Program-made: the position numbers and the translations under genes
NCBI GenBank assembly: GCA_004431415.1
Contig: QPMI01000655.1
Coordinates: forward strand, 186,001 to 250,000
DNA from: Cyanophora paradoxa CCMP329
Lineage: Eukaryota; Plantae; Glaucophyta
Direction: 5' to 3'
DNA length: 64,000 nt
Notes under the pieces: model-generated
The model's input: only the letters and a program-made list of their open reading frames with translations
Database searches by the model: none
Told to the model about the DNA's origin: nothing
Shown here: piece by piece, positions 37,159 to 47,696 of the stretch
Position numbering within the stretch: position 1 is the first letter of the stretch
Layout of the letters: each line of letters begins with the position of its first letter

Positions 37159-38044
37159 CGCCCGGCTGTGGCGACGGGAGGGGATGTCGCGCAAGCTCCT
37201 GTCGCAAGCTCGAGCTCCTGGGTTCGCTGCGGACGGTGGCGGGGCCGAAACTAGTGCGTGGGCAGCTGCAGCATCACCGCCTTTCAGGCCCGCAGAAAGT
37301 GCCGCGCGCCGCCAGCAAATGCATACGCGCTACCCTACTGGGCCTAGTACCGAGCGGCCGCGCCACTGGGCAGCTGGCGCCGGTAAAGCTCAAGCTTGCC
37401 GCATGCGTACGCGTACTGCAGTATATACACGCCGCGTTACTAATTTAGCTAAGTTACCTGCAGGCTAGGCTGCAGCTGCAGCTGCCGACGTGCCGCATGC
37501 AAATTTTGGAAGCCGAACTTCGGAAGAACAGACTCTGCCAGGCTCTCCGAGGTCCCGCGGGGCGGCACCCGGCGCCGCGGCGCCGCCGAGGTCCCGCGGC
37601 GCTGCCATGCTAAACAGACTCACAGATCTAGATTCTAGAGTCTAGACAGGCTGTCGGAGGCCGACGGAGGGTCGACGGAGGCTGGCCCCGGGGGGTACCG
37701 GTAAAGTTTACACGCGCCGTTCGCGCGGCGGTACGAACGGTGCACGTGACGTCGACGTCGACAGATCTAGGATCATCTAGCTTATAGAGCGACGGATCGG
37801 AGATCTATTTTTAGAGCGTAAGCGGCACTGAGCGCTAGCGGACCAACTGGTAAAACTACTTAGTATTGTGCCCTATAGCTACTAGTAGTTTGAAAGTACT
37901 CTCCGAGTTCGGTGAATGGGGATACACTAATCTTGCGACGGGTACAGTGCATGCTCAGCAAGATCAAGCTGCAAAAGCTTGAAGAGAAGCGCATCAGCAC
38001 GCGTACGTACGTACTGCGGCATCGATAACGATCACTTCGAGCCC

Positions 38045-41000
38045 ATGGCCAGGCCTAGGTCTGCAACATCAACCCGGCGAGGCTCAGCGCAGCAGCTGGC
38101 AGCGAATCCGTCCGCGTAGCGGCTTAAGCTTCGAATTCGCAGCGGCAGCGCGTCGTGCACGTGGCCGTGGCCGGACAGCGGAGCAGCGTACGCCCACGCG
38201 CGCAGAGCTTGATGTACGAGCAAGGGGAGGGCTCGGCTGCGGGGCACGTGTTCCGGCGCGCCTCCGTGTCCTCCGCGCGGCATGGATACGCGCGCATGCA
38301 GCTCCGGGAGCTGGAGCTGCAGGTGGAGGAAGTTCGCGCCGCCTCGACGCACGCGCCTGTGCACCCGATCGGCGCCGACTCGTACTGTGCACCCCGTGCG
38401 CGCCGTGGGTCCGGATCCGGAGGGGACGGGGAGGGCGACTCGATCCGCCTCGGCGAGGCCCTCAAGGCGCGCGCGCGGTCGCGACCCTTGAGATCGCGGC
38501 GCAGCGCCTCGCCGCCGCCCCAAGCTTCTCGAGCTTATGCCTGGGCCTGCACGTGAACGCCCGCATGCGCAGGCGCTGCACAAAGAGCGCGAGAACGTGC
38601 GTCGCTACGGCGCTCTGGCCGCGTTCGGCGTCTTCTACGCGGTCCGCTCTCACTACGAATCCCCCCCTTGGTCCTTCTCCTCTCGTATGCCTTGTCTGAC
38701 CCCCACCAGATTTACCTCGTCGTTCTTTTCCTCCAGCGGGACACGCGCGCCGCCTGGGAAGTGCAGGTCTGCTCTGGATCAGAATTCGAAGCTCTAGATC
38801 TTCTCCTCGCGATCGCCCGGGGCGGGGGCCGGCGAGTGCGCGTGCGAGCGTGGTTGCGAGCGCCTCGCAGAGCTCGATCACGCGGGACATCGAGGCGGCG
38901 GGGCTCGCCGAGGTGAAGGACCCGCCCGACTTCCTCGCCTGGCTCGAGGGCCCCTTCCGGGACCTCGCCCTCCGCGGCTCCGGCGGCACCGTCGCCCGCC
39001 ACAACCGCCTCATCGTACAGCCCCTCATCCTCCAGGTCTCCGTCCCGTACCCCCTTCGAGCTCGCTCTCGAATGTACCCCCGACGCCGCGCCCCGCCCCT
39101 GGCAGGAAAGGCACGCGCCAGAGCGGTGCAAGGGCCAGCCCCGCTTCGACAGGGCGAGTACCCCTCGGCGCCTTGAGCCCGTACCCCGACCCCCGCCACA
39201 GGTGTACCCTGAGTGCTTTACGGGGCCGACGATCGTGGAGCCGCGGCCGCCGGCGCTGGACCTGGACTATGCGGACCCGGTCAACGCCGCCGCCGGCAAT
39301 CAGCTTCTGTGCGGGCCCCTCGAGCCCTCTGGCCCACTAGAGCCTTGGATTCCTGACTCGAGACACGCACATGCACAGGAGAATCACGCGGACGATGTTC
39401 GACCTGCCCGGGGAGAAGCTGCCCGACCCCGCGGAAGCGAAGCAGGAGAAGGTCAGCGAGGCGGCTTCGCCGAGCAACAGGACGGCGGGGGCGGAGGAGG
39501 GGCCGGCGCCGACGCGGGAAGAGGCGTTCTACGCGGCCTTCATGCTCGGCCTCGCCGAGGAGTTCGTGTTCCTTTTCGGAGGGCGCAGCGTGCGCCGTGC
39601 ACGCGCGAGCCCGACCGCGACGCTGACCGCCTCTGGTCCGCAGCATCACGAGGGCGGGGCGCGACTCGGGCTCCTTCGCGGGCGTCGAGATCAGTGCGCT
39701 GCGCTGCACCTGCCGTCCGAGCGCTGGGGAGCCTTAAGATGGGAAGATCTAGAGCCCGAGAGTCCTCAGGGCGAGGCGTAGGCTTGGGGTCTTCTCTGAG
39801 AGGAGGGGGTCGGGGGCGGGGGCAGTCGGGGCGCTGGACGCGCTGAACGGGACGCGGGCCACCTTCCTCGCCGACGTCGAGCTCGTCCGGGTCCGACCTC
39901 CAGCCCAGCGCCCCCTAGGCGCCCCGCCCCTCCGCCCCCGCCCCCTCCAGCTTCCCCGCGCCCCCAGTTCCTCGGCTTCGTCGGGCGCAACACCCGCTCC
40001 ATCTCCGTCAAGTTCGGTCAGCGGCTCCGGAAATCGCGATCGATGCGGACCCCCGGCAGCGTGCACGCTCGAGCCTTCTTCACGACTGACTGGCTGTCGG
40101 TGGCTCGCCAGCGGCGTACAACGGGCACGTGCGGATGGCGTCGGTGGCGGAGGCGAAGATCGAGGCGGCGTACACGGGCAGCGTCGCCCCCTCCGTCTCC
40201 GTCAACGTCTTCCGCGCCGAGCTGTCCGCCCCGCCCTCATTCGAGGGATCCCCTCCGCCTCTCGCCCCCGCTCTCGCTCACGCTTCGAGCTCTCGCAGGT
40301 ACTCGCAGCCCCTCGACTGGTTCCGCCTCGTGCGCCGCTGCGCATCTCCCCTCCGACCCCCCTTAGCTCCCCGGCCACCGTGCCATCAAGCTTGCATTTG
40401 ACGGCCATCGAGCTGATCATGAAGTGCGCGCGTGCGTTCGGACAGGCGCTGGAGATCGTCGTTGTCTTGGGAGTCGCCGTCCGGTGCGCCCCCTTCCCCT
40501 CAGCTCCGCTCTCAGCCCGAGAAGCCGCCGCGGCCGCCTGCGCAGGCTCGTCGCCACGGCCCGCGACCTCCTCCGGCAGCGCTGCAAGGCGAGCAAGACT
40601 TTCAGGCGAGGGGCCCTGAAAGCGGTGCGCCTGCGCCTGCCTGTCTCACAGAGCCGGCGACCATCATGAGCTGGAGCTGACCATGAAGCGGGGCAGTTGC
40701 TTGTGGGGCTGGCCGACCAGCTCGTCTTCGCGGCCGCCATCGGCCTCTGGGGCGCCGTCGTCGCCGCCACCTCCTCTCTCCCTTCCCCGCGCCCCGACGT
40801 GAGCCCAGTCCCGCCCCCTCCCCCCCCCCCCCTGCCCCCCCCCCCCCTCCTCTCCCTCCCCCCTCTTCTCTCCCTGCCCCGCCTCCCCCCCCCCCCCCCC
40901 CCCCCCCCGGGCCCGCCCCCCTACTCTGAAATATTTCGCAGGTGGGACAGAGCGGGTCCACCGACGAGGGGATACAAGCCATCGGCGTGCGCCCGCCTCG

Positions 41001-42101
41001 ACCCGCTCCGCTTCTGAATCCAAAGAAGCGCCCGACGCTCGCTCGCGATGGGCGCAGCGGCTCTACAGGGACTGCGACCGCGCGGCGTCCCTCTTCAGAG
41101 CCTACCACGTCGTCAGCTCGATCAGTGCGCCTAGACCTTCAAGGGTTTTAATTAGTTATAATTAGACCAGAGCCTCGGGGCTCGTGATTCCGAAGTACAG
41201 CTAACCAATGACGTCGCTCGCGCGCGGCATTCGAAGACATCTTCCTGGGACTGCTGCGCCTCTACGGCCTGCTGCACTTCCAGGACCGCATGGGCGTCCT
41301 CACCCGCACCCTCGCCCGGGTCACCCGCCCACCGAGCCCCGGAGCCCCTCGAGCTCTTGGTCGGCCAGCTGACCCCGCCCCAGGGCGCCACTGACATGAT
41401 GCACCTCGGCGCCCTCATCCTCGTCACCCTCATCGTGCGCGCCTTCGCTTTCTGCGTGTAATTTCAATGTGCGTGGCGGGCGCCGAATACCCGTCCTTGA
41501 CGCATTCGAATTCCCGCAGGCTTTCGGTGCCCCGCTCTGCACGATCCCTGATGATCGTGATCGACCTGCCGGTGATCGTGATCATGACTGACGTGACCGC
41601 GCGCTCTTCCTCGCTCTTCTCGCAGCCGCAATGGTAGACGCCGAACCGCCGCTGCTAAATGCAACGAATCTCTGCCCGTCTAACTTTAGTAAGAGACACC
41701 TTTTCAGGGCACCCTCATGTTCGGGACCTACGACGTTTATTTCTCGGACCTGGTGCCCTCAAATCATAACCTTTGCACTCGCTTTTTCCCGCGATCGCTG
41801 ACCGCGTCCCCAGGGATGGTCCCTCGCGACCCTCAGCGAGTACCTCCTCCTCATGGACATGTTCAACCTGGAGGGGTACGCCGCTTCATGATTCGAAACG
41901 CTGCCGTTATTCAACGTCCGATGCATACGCACATGGCCTGCAGAATCGTGGTCAAGGAGATCGCCCTGCAGATCATCGTGCGCCCGGTCGCGACTTCAGC
42001 TTTCCCACTTCTCTTCAATCTCCTGCTTGATCTTGATCTCGCACCCGCGCCAGTTCCAGTGGGTGTTCGCCTTCATCGCGACCTACATGCTCGTCAACTT
42101 G
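38045..42101 (+). CDS. Polycystin-2/PKD2-like (TRPP) cation channel, interrupted at the last TM helix by the viral insertion; multi-exon
   Basis: TM1 YLVVLFLQR; TOP-like region (FLAWLEG, HNRLIVQPLILQ, NTRSISVKF, AYNGH); ALEIVVVL; HFQDRMGVLTRTL; FG....FS; S6-like FAFIATYMLVNL, then a GTCCG donor at 42102 and no further host exon. Confidence 0.7.
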
Positions 42102-42111
42102 GTCCGTACCC

Positions 42112-42188
42112 CACACATAGGGATACCCCTGATCCAAGCCCTCCGGCCTTCGGCCTACAGGCTTGGATCAGGGGTATCCCTATGTGTG
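42112..42188. repeat. Perfect 29-bp-stem hairpin at the host/virus junction
   Basis: CACACATAGGGATACCCCTGATCCAAGCC (42112-42140) and its exact reverse complement (42160-42188); 19-nt loop containing GGCC-TTC-GGCC. Confidence 0.95.
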
Positions 42189-42309
42189 CGCGTTTCAGGT
42201 ACTAGGGTAGTAAGCATTTATTTCAGGTCTTAGGGTATTAATCATGTCTTTTTGGCACCAGTATGTTGGCCGCCTCTGGGGTATTAGAAGCTTGGATTCG
42301 GCACCAATT

Positions 42310-42402
42310 AGGCAGGAGAGGCAGGAGGGTTATTTGTAAACTTTCCTATGGATTCCCCTCTTGTGTGGGATTTTACATATAACCCTCCTGCCTCTCCTGC
42401 CT
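42310..42402. repeat. Second subterminal inverted repeat (31-bp arms, one mismatch)
   Basis: AGGCAGGAGAGGCAGGAGGGTTATTTGTAAA (42310-42340) pairs with 42372-42402. Confidence 0.9.
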
Positions 42403-42411
42403 CTATCCATA

Positions 42412-42780
42412 ATTAAGACTGCCAACCATCTCTTCATTTCTTTACGTTTTCTCTTAAAGAGATATCTTGAATAGTCAGGGGATGGAAGGGGAATGGGAGT
42501 GTCTGGTAAAAGGGTGGTTTGAGGGATGGCAGGGGGATGGGATGGATGGCGGAGGGGATGGCAGGGGGATGGAGGGATGGCAGAGGGGATGGCAGGGGAT
42601 GGGAAAATGTATGAAATTTGGTTGATTTGTGACGATATCTGGTCAGGGGATGGGAGGGGGATGGGACTCAGTCAGGGGATGGGACTTTTCTCAGAAAACA
42701 AATTTTGTTTTTGTTTTTTGAAATTTTCTATTCGAGTACAAGGGGATGGGTTTCCCATCCCCTCATCCCCCCATCCTCCT
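42412..42780 (+). repeat. ~360-bp G-rich direct repeat, copy 1 (GGGGATG-rich)
   Basis: Aligns with 50155-50505: ATTAAGACTGCC..AAAGAGATATCTTGAATAGTCAGGGG..GGGACTTTTCTCAGAAAA..TTTTGTTTTTGTTTTTTGAAATTTTCTA..GGGGATGGGTTTCCCATCCCC. Confidence 0.9.
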
Positions 42781-42786
42781 CTCTGC

Positions 42787-44152
42787 TCAAATCCTCCTCC
42801 TTGATCTCGTGGAAATTGCTGGAGCTTCATAGGTCTCCTTTGAATTCGAGAAATCTCTATACCACCTTACTGCCTCTGCTCCCCCTGCTAATCTCTCTGT
42901 TCCCGCCACCCTCAATCTCTCCAACTCTCTCCCTTGTTTCTTCTTCTTCCCTGCTCTGTCCTCCAATAATGGTTTATCTGGCACGTTTGGCGCCCTCTCA
43001 ATCCCCTCTCTGGCCAAAAGTCGCTCTGTTCTGGCCTCTTTCTTTGCCTCTTCAATGACATTTATTGATGGCGCCTCCAAGAACTCCACGGTTTCCACTT
43101 TCTGTAATTCGTAGTGGGCATAAAGTCGATCTATTAGTTTGCCAGAAATGTCCCTTAGTTTAAATTTGAACCCCTCCACTCCTTCTATTGTGAATATTTC
43201 GCGGCTCCAATTATTCCCTTGTTTGGCAAATGGGCTCTTCTCTATTTTAGTTCTCACGTGGCTCCCTGCTGGATAGTCTTTTAGATATTCAATTGACTTC
43301 ATGAATTTCTCGTTTTCTTTTCCGAGTATTAGAGGAACATGTACCTCTGTGGTCTCTGCTGGTTTCATCCCGTTGCTGAGTGGATGGTATTATTGTAGTT
43401 GTAGGCAAAATCTTGGAGCTTGTCGAAAAACTTTACAGTATTATTCGCTATACAATACGAGTTAATTAGCTTCTTTATTGTGCGATTAAAGGCTTCTATT
43501 CGGCCTTGGCTATTGTGATCTCCAACCTGCGAAACTTGGTGCTCAATCATCTGGGTTTCTAAATGGTCTTTAAATACCTTGTTCAGGAATTCGCTCCCAG
43601 CATCACTTTGTATCTTCACAATTGGACGAGGGACTTGTTGCTCAAGCTCCTTAAATGCGTTCAATGTGCTTTCTGCTGTCTTTCCCCTCATGGGAATTAT
43701 AAAGCCCAGTCTGGTGGTATTTTCTACAGCTGTGAGGAACGTGTTGTAGCCTTGATTCTGTTTGCTGTACGAAGGATAAAAGATTAGGTCTATGGCATAG
43801 CAGTCGAGTGGCTGTCTTATTGGGATATAGGCAGTCTTCTTGGCAGATGGGAGGGGTTTATTTATCTGGTTGATTTCTTGGGCATCATAGAATCTACGGA
43901 TTGTCTTTCTTGGCACATCTGGAAGCTCTTTGGCCAATGAAGCAAGGCCTTTAAATCCTACCTTGGTGTCATAGAATGTCCTTGCTAAGGGATCCAAGTG
44001 AGGCACAGCAATGGCAGTTGGGATATCCGCAGGAACTAAAGCTTTGAGGTCACTCTTTTTCTGAATGCGACCCCTCTCTCCTCTTGAGGGATTGGGATTG
44101 GCAATATACTCACATCGTACTCTGTTTGTCTGCGTGTGATCTTTGATGACAT
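42787..44152 (-). CDS. Polinton-type retroviral-like (rve, DDE) integrase with SH3-like C-terminus; split by homopolymer frameshifts
   Basis: FYDTKVGFKG, YAIDL, IQSDAGSEF, GRIEAFNRTIK, YNNTIHSATG|MKPA, NWSREIFTI, YELQKV. Frameshift at ~43370 (GGG) and probably ~44072; likely ATG at 44152. Confidence 0.9.
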
Positions 44153-44163
44153 CTATATTGGGA

Positions 44164-47100
44164 TTAGAAAGCAATCTTTGACATCTTCACATTGAAGGTC
44201 TCATTTTCAAGCTTCTTTTGGACAGTCATTTCGATTTGCTTGGGTTTTTGGTGGAGCACATGGTCTTTATAATCTTGGAAAGACAGATCTGTTTGAATGG
44301 TCTCCTTACAAACACCTGCCAGCTTTTTGATTTCCTCATCATCTGTTTTAATGCTGTAGCATTTCGGCCTCACACCAGCATATTCAGTAATGGTTCTGCC
44401 CTCAAACTCATCTTTGAACTTGCCAAGCTCTGTGGGGTGGGTGTCAATGTCTTGTAGGTCTTTTGCTATAGTTTTCGAATTTATTTGAAGGCAAAGCGAA
44501 TCTGTATCAGTAAAAAGCAGTTTACAGTCTGGCCATTTCCGCTTGATGGTGTTATAATAATAATCAAATAGGCGCAGCTTGGCAAGATCTAAAACAACTG
44601 CCCCAATTGCTATGGGCTTATCTAACTTGACATCTTTTTGTAGCATTTCGAAGGCTACTGCTGAATCGCTTAGTCTTGTTTCTGCTTTGAGTAGGGGCGA
44701 TCTGGCGTATTTCATAAATTGCTTTTCGTTGGTGGCAATCTTGACATTAGACCTTCCTCTCACTTTCTCAATGGTTTTGCCAAAAAGGCTATTGTTCATG
44801 ATCTTAAAGAAGTCCTTTTCGGGTTTGGAAGGGGCTGCTTTGCGGTTTTGGGCATTGGATTCGACGTAAGGCTTCATAAAGGCAGCCTGAGTAAATGTTA
44901 GCACCCTGTGGATTTTGGTGACCTTTAAGCCTTGCGCTACCATGAATTGGAGCAAAGGTTTCGACACCACATAATTACAAATGTCTTCGCAGGCTGCTTG
45001 TAGTCCATCCTCTGCTCTCTTGATAACAAGAGGTAGCTCTTTGTGGAGTTGATGGAGGTGCTGGGGATAATGGATGTCAACTTCTAAGATGGCCCCTCTG
45101 CTGATGACAGGTCGTAATTTGAGGGTTCTGGGTGCCATTGGAAATTCGAGAGGGGTAGCTTTTGGGATAGGGCATATCCATATAGGTTATTGGCATCCAA
45201 ATATATAATGTGGCTGTCCCTTTCCTTTTTGGCATATTTATGATTCATAATCGAAAGGCCTCCCCTGATCATGCCTTCAACCATGTTGTACATATCAAGG
45301 TTGGAAAGAAGCTCGATTTTAGGCTTGGTAATAGATAGCATGCTGTCCACGAAAGCCCTGGACTTGAGACATAGAGGGCAGCATCCATCCCAAAAGTTTT
45401 GTGTGATTTCTGGCGGAAAAGCTGGAACTTTTCCATTAATCCTTCCACGTTCTGGACGCCATAATCAATAAAGTTTTTGATGTCAATGAATTTAAAGCAA
45501 CCCCAAGTGATCGACATGTAGTTGTCAAACGATTTTGCGAGGACTTCCACCCTTTTTTCGGGATTTAAGGCGACTGCCTTGAATATCTGCGTTCCAGATA
45601 GGGACAGATCATTGGTCACTATGGGAATCTTGGTGAGATTGCTGGTGCGTCTGTGGAGATTACATTTGCGACATGCTGTGCCTACAAAATCGCCAGTTTG
45701 GTGGTCGTGATCCCTCACTTTATAATTGTCTTGGGTGAAATCACCTTGGCAGATGTAGCAGGTTTTAGCAAGGTAATGGGTACGTTTCTGCTCTTTGGTC
45801 AGTGACATTGGGATGTTGGTAAATAGGGCTTTGAATAGCTCTGGGGCTGTGCTGTCGAGGGTACTCAGGAGCTCAAAGATGTTGGAGTGGGTTTTAGTGA
45901 GTACTACTCTATTATTATGAAGAGCTGTCAGTGAGATTGATTTGATCTTGAACATACCAGAAATATCTGTTTCATAATCGAAATAGCAATAGGCAATCAC
46001 GGGGAGGAATACAGTCTTTGAGAGATGTTTAAGACCAAATTCAATGAATGTGGGTTGTTTTGGGGTCTCTCCAGCACTTGTCTTCCAATCCACACAACGT
46101 TTGCTTTGAATGTGGGATTGAAGCTTCTCCTCAGTCTTGAAGTGGTTGGAACAGGTTTTACAGAAATGGAGTCGCTGCTTATCATTTTTAGCTAAGACTC
46201 TGGACATGCTGAATATTGTGGTATAATGACTGTTACCATTTTCGTCTGTAATAAGCAGCAGATCCACTTGGTGTTTCCTGTTCCTTGAGGAGCTGTTGTG
46301 GAGTAGATTAATTTCTTCTGTAGAGTTAGAGGGGTCGTAAATATTAACAGAGATTGCTGGATTGAGATTTTCAAAGAGATCAATAGTATCAGCATCTGCC
46401 TTTACAGGAAACTCAATGCCCTCGAAATTTAGTTCTTTTTTGAACCACCTCCTGTATTGGGAAGTCTCATTGCGCTTGTGGCTATTTACTTCGTCCTTGT
46501 GAATATAAGAAAGGATAGCATACTCAAAGCATCTATTGTCCTTGTTATTAACATTGACAATGGCTCGTTTATTTTTGAGCCACTCTGGGAGTGGGATAAA
46601 AGCACCTCCTGAGATGGGTTTAAAGGACAGAACAATCACTCTCAAAGCCTCAATGCTTTGGAGTTTATAGCTGTCTGTGACATTAATTTGCGACTGGCAT
46701 TCCTTAGCCAATTTCGCAGTTTCTTTAGTGAGGGTTCGAGATCTTGTCATGATAGCATAGGTGCTGTAAATGTGCTTGGTAATAAAGTCTCTCGAATTGT
46801 TTGCTTTTGAAAAGCGACAGACAAACGTAAAGCGAGTTTTAATCGACATCTGTGAATTGATGGCATCTTGGAGCCTTGTGTGGAGTTCCTCAGAGTAGGT
46901 GTCTATAAACTCTTGAGTGGTCAGGATCTGGTGGTGAGCCCTGATGGTAAAATCAATGTATTTATTATTAAGAGCACGATGTTCATTTATTAAGGTAGTG
47001 TATTCATCTCCTCTGACTTGAGTTGTGGTAGTTTGTTCGACTTGGATTTGGCCAAGGCGATCAGTCTCATCAAGGGTCTCGATTTTCCCTAATAGCTCTC

Positions 47101-47257
47101 GATTGAGAGCTTGAAGCCCCTTGAGCTTCTTGTTGGTCTGTTTAATATAAGATTCATATTCACTTTCACTGATGGAGTGATTGGCCAGTAAGAACGCCAG
47201 ATTCCCGAGAATCTTGTCCTGGAGCTCCTTAATTTGGTAGTGGCTGGGGCGGGGCAT
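44164..47257 (-). CDS. Protein-primed family B DNA polymerase (Polinton-type) with C2H2 finger and EndoVII-like insert; split by two homopolymer frameshifts
   Basis: IPLPEWLKNKRAIVNVNNKDNRCFEYAI, VRDHDHQTG..ACRKCN, SPGLSW|DSML, IRGG, YLDANNLYG (motif A), KIMNNSLFGKT (B), TDTDSL (C), LGKFKDE, PKCYS. Confidence 0.92.
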
Positions 47258-47401
47258 GGTTGGGGGGTTGTACTTATATATAGGTACGAAAATAATCTTT
47301 AAATGTTTATATTGTGGACAATTCGCAGCGCTAAAAAAACGAATAGAATCAGCATTTAAAGAATAAAATCTTACCTATAGTGTAGAGGAACAAGAATTAA
47401 A

Positions 47402-47593
47402 ATGGCATACCATGCGGCATCTCAAATTGCCTATGTGACTCGTCGCCGTGCTCAAGATCCTGCTTTCCGTGAGAGAATGAAGCTTAATAGTCTGAGGAGC
47501 AGATACTACAAAGGTGACCCCCTTCCCTGCGTGAGGTACCTCTTTGATGAAAGGAGGTGCCTTGTTGGCAGACCAAGGACAGTGGTGTATTGA
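47402..47593 (+). CDS. Small basic hypothetical protein (DPAFRE...GRP motif)
   Basis: ATG in A-rich context, 63 aa; resembles the ORF at 54103-54333. Confidence 0.6.
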   Translation: MAYHAASQIAYVTRRRAQDPAFRERMKLNSLRSRYYKGDPLPCVRYLFDERRCLVGRPRTVVY

Positions 47594-47696
47594 GGGGGTT
47601 GCGAAAAATTGATTGTTTTATTTAATGATTCTATAAACTACTTAAGGACAAGGGCCCTTATAGAATCATCAAATTATTTTCTCACCCTACTGTAGA

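Noticed and set aside
152-37468. Many long Arg/Gly/Pro/Ala-rich ORFs antisense or out of frame to the called genes (e.g. 223-3561, 11794-13737, 32574-34700)
   Set aside because: Shadow ORFs caused by extreme GC content; no recognisable motifs.
44060-44180. pPolB-integrase fusion by frameshift (integrase ORF overlaps the polB stop and lacks an in-frame ATG)
   Set aside because: An ATG at 44152 just after the polB stop joins the integrase frame by adding one G to the run at ~44072, the same error type seen elsewhere. Fusion would need a different indel. Not fully excluded without accurate reads.
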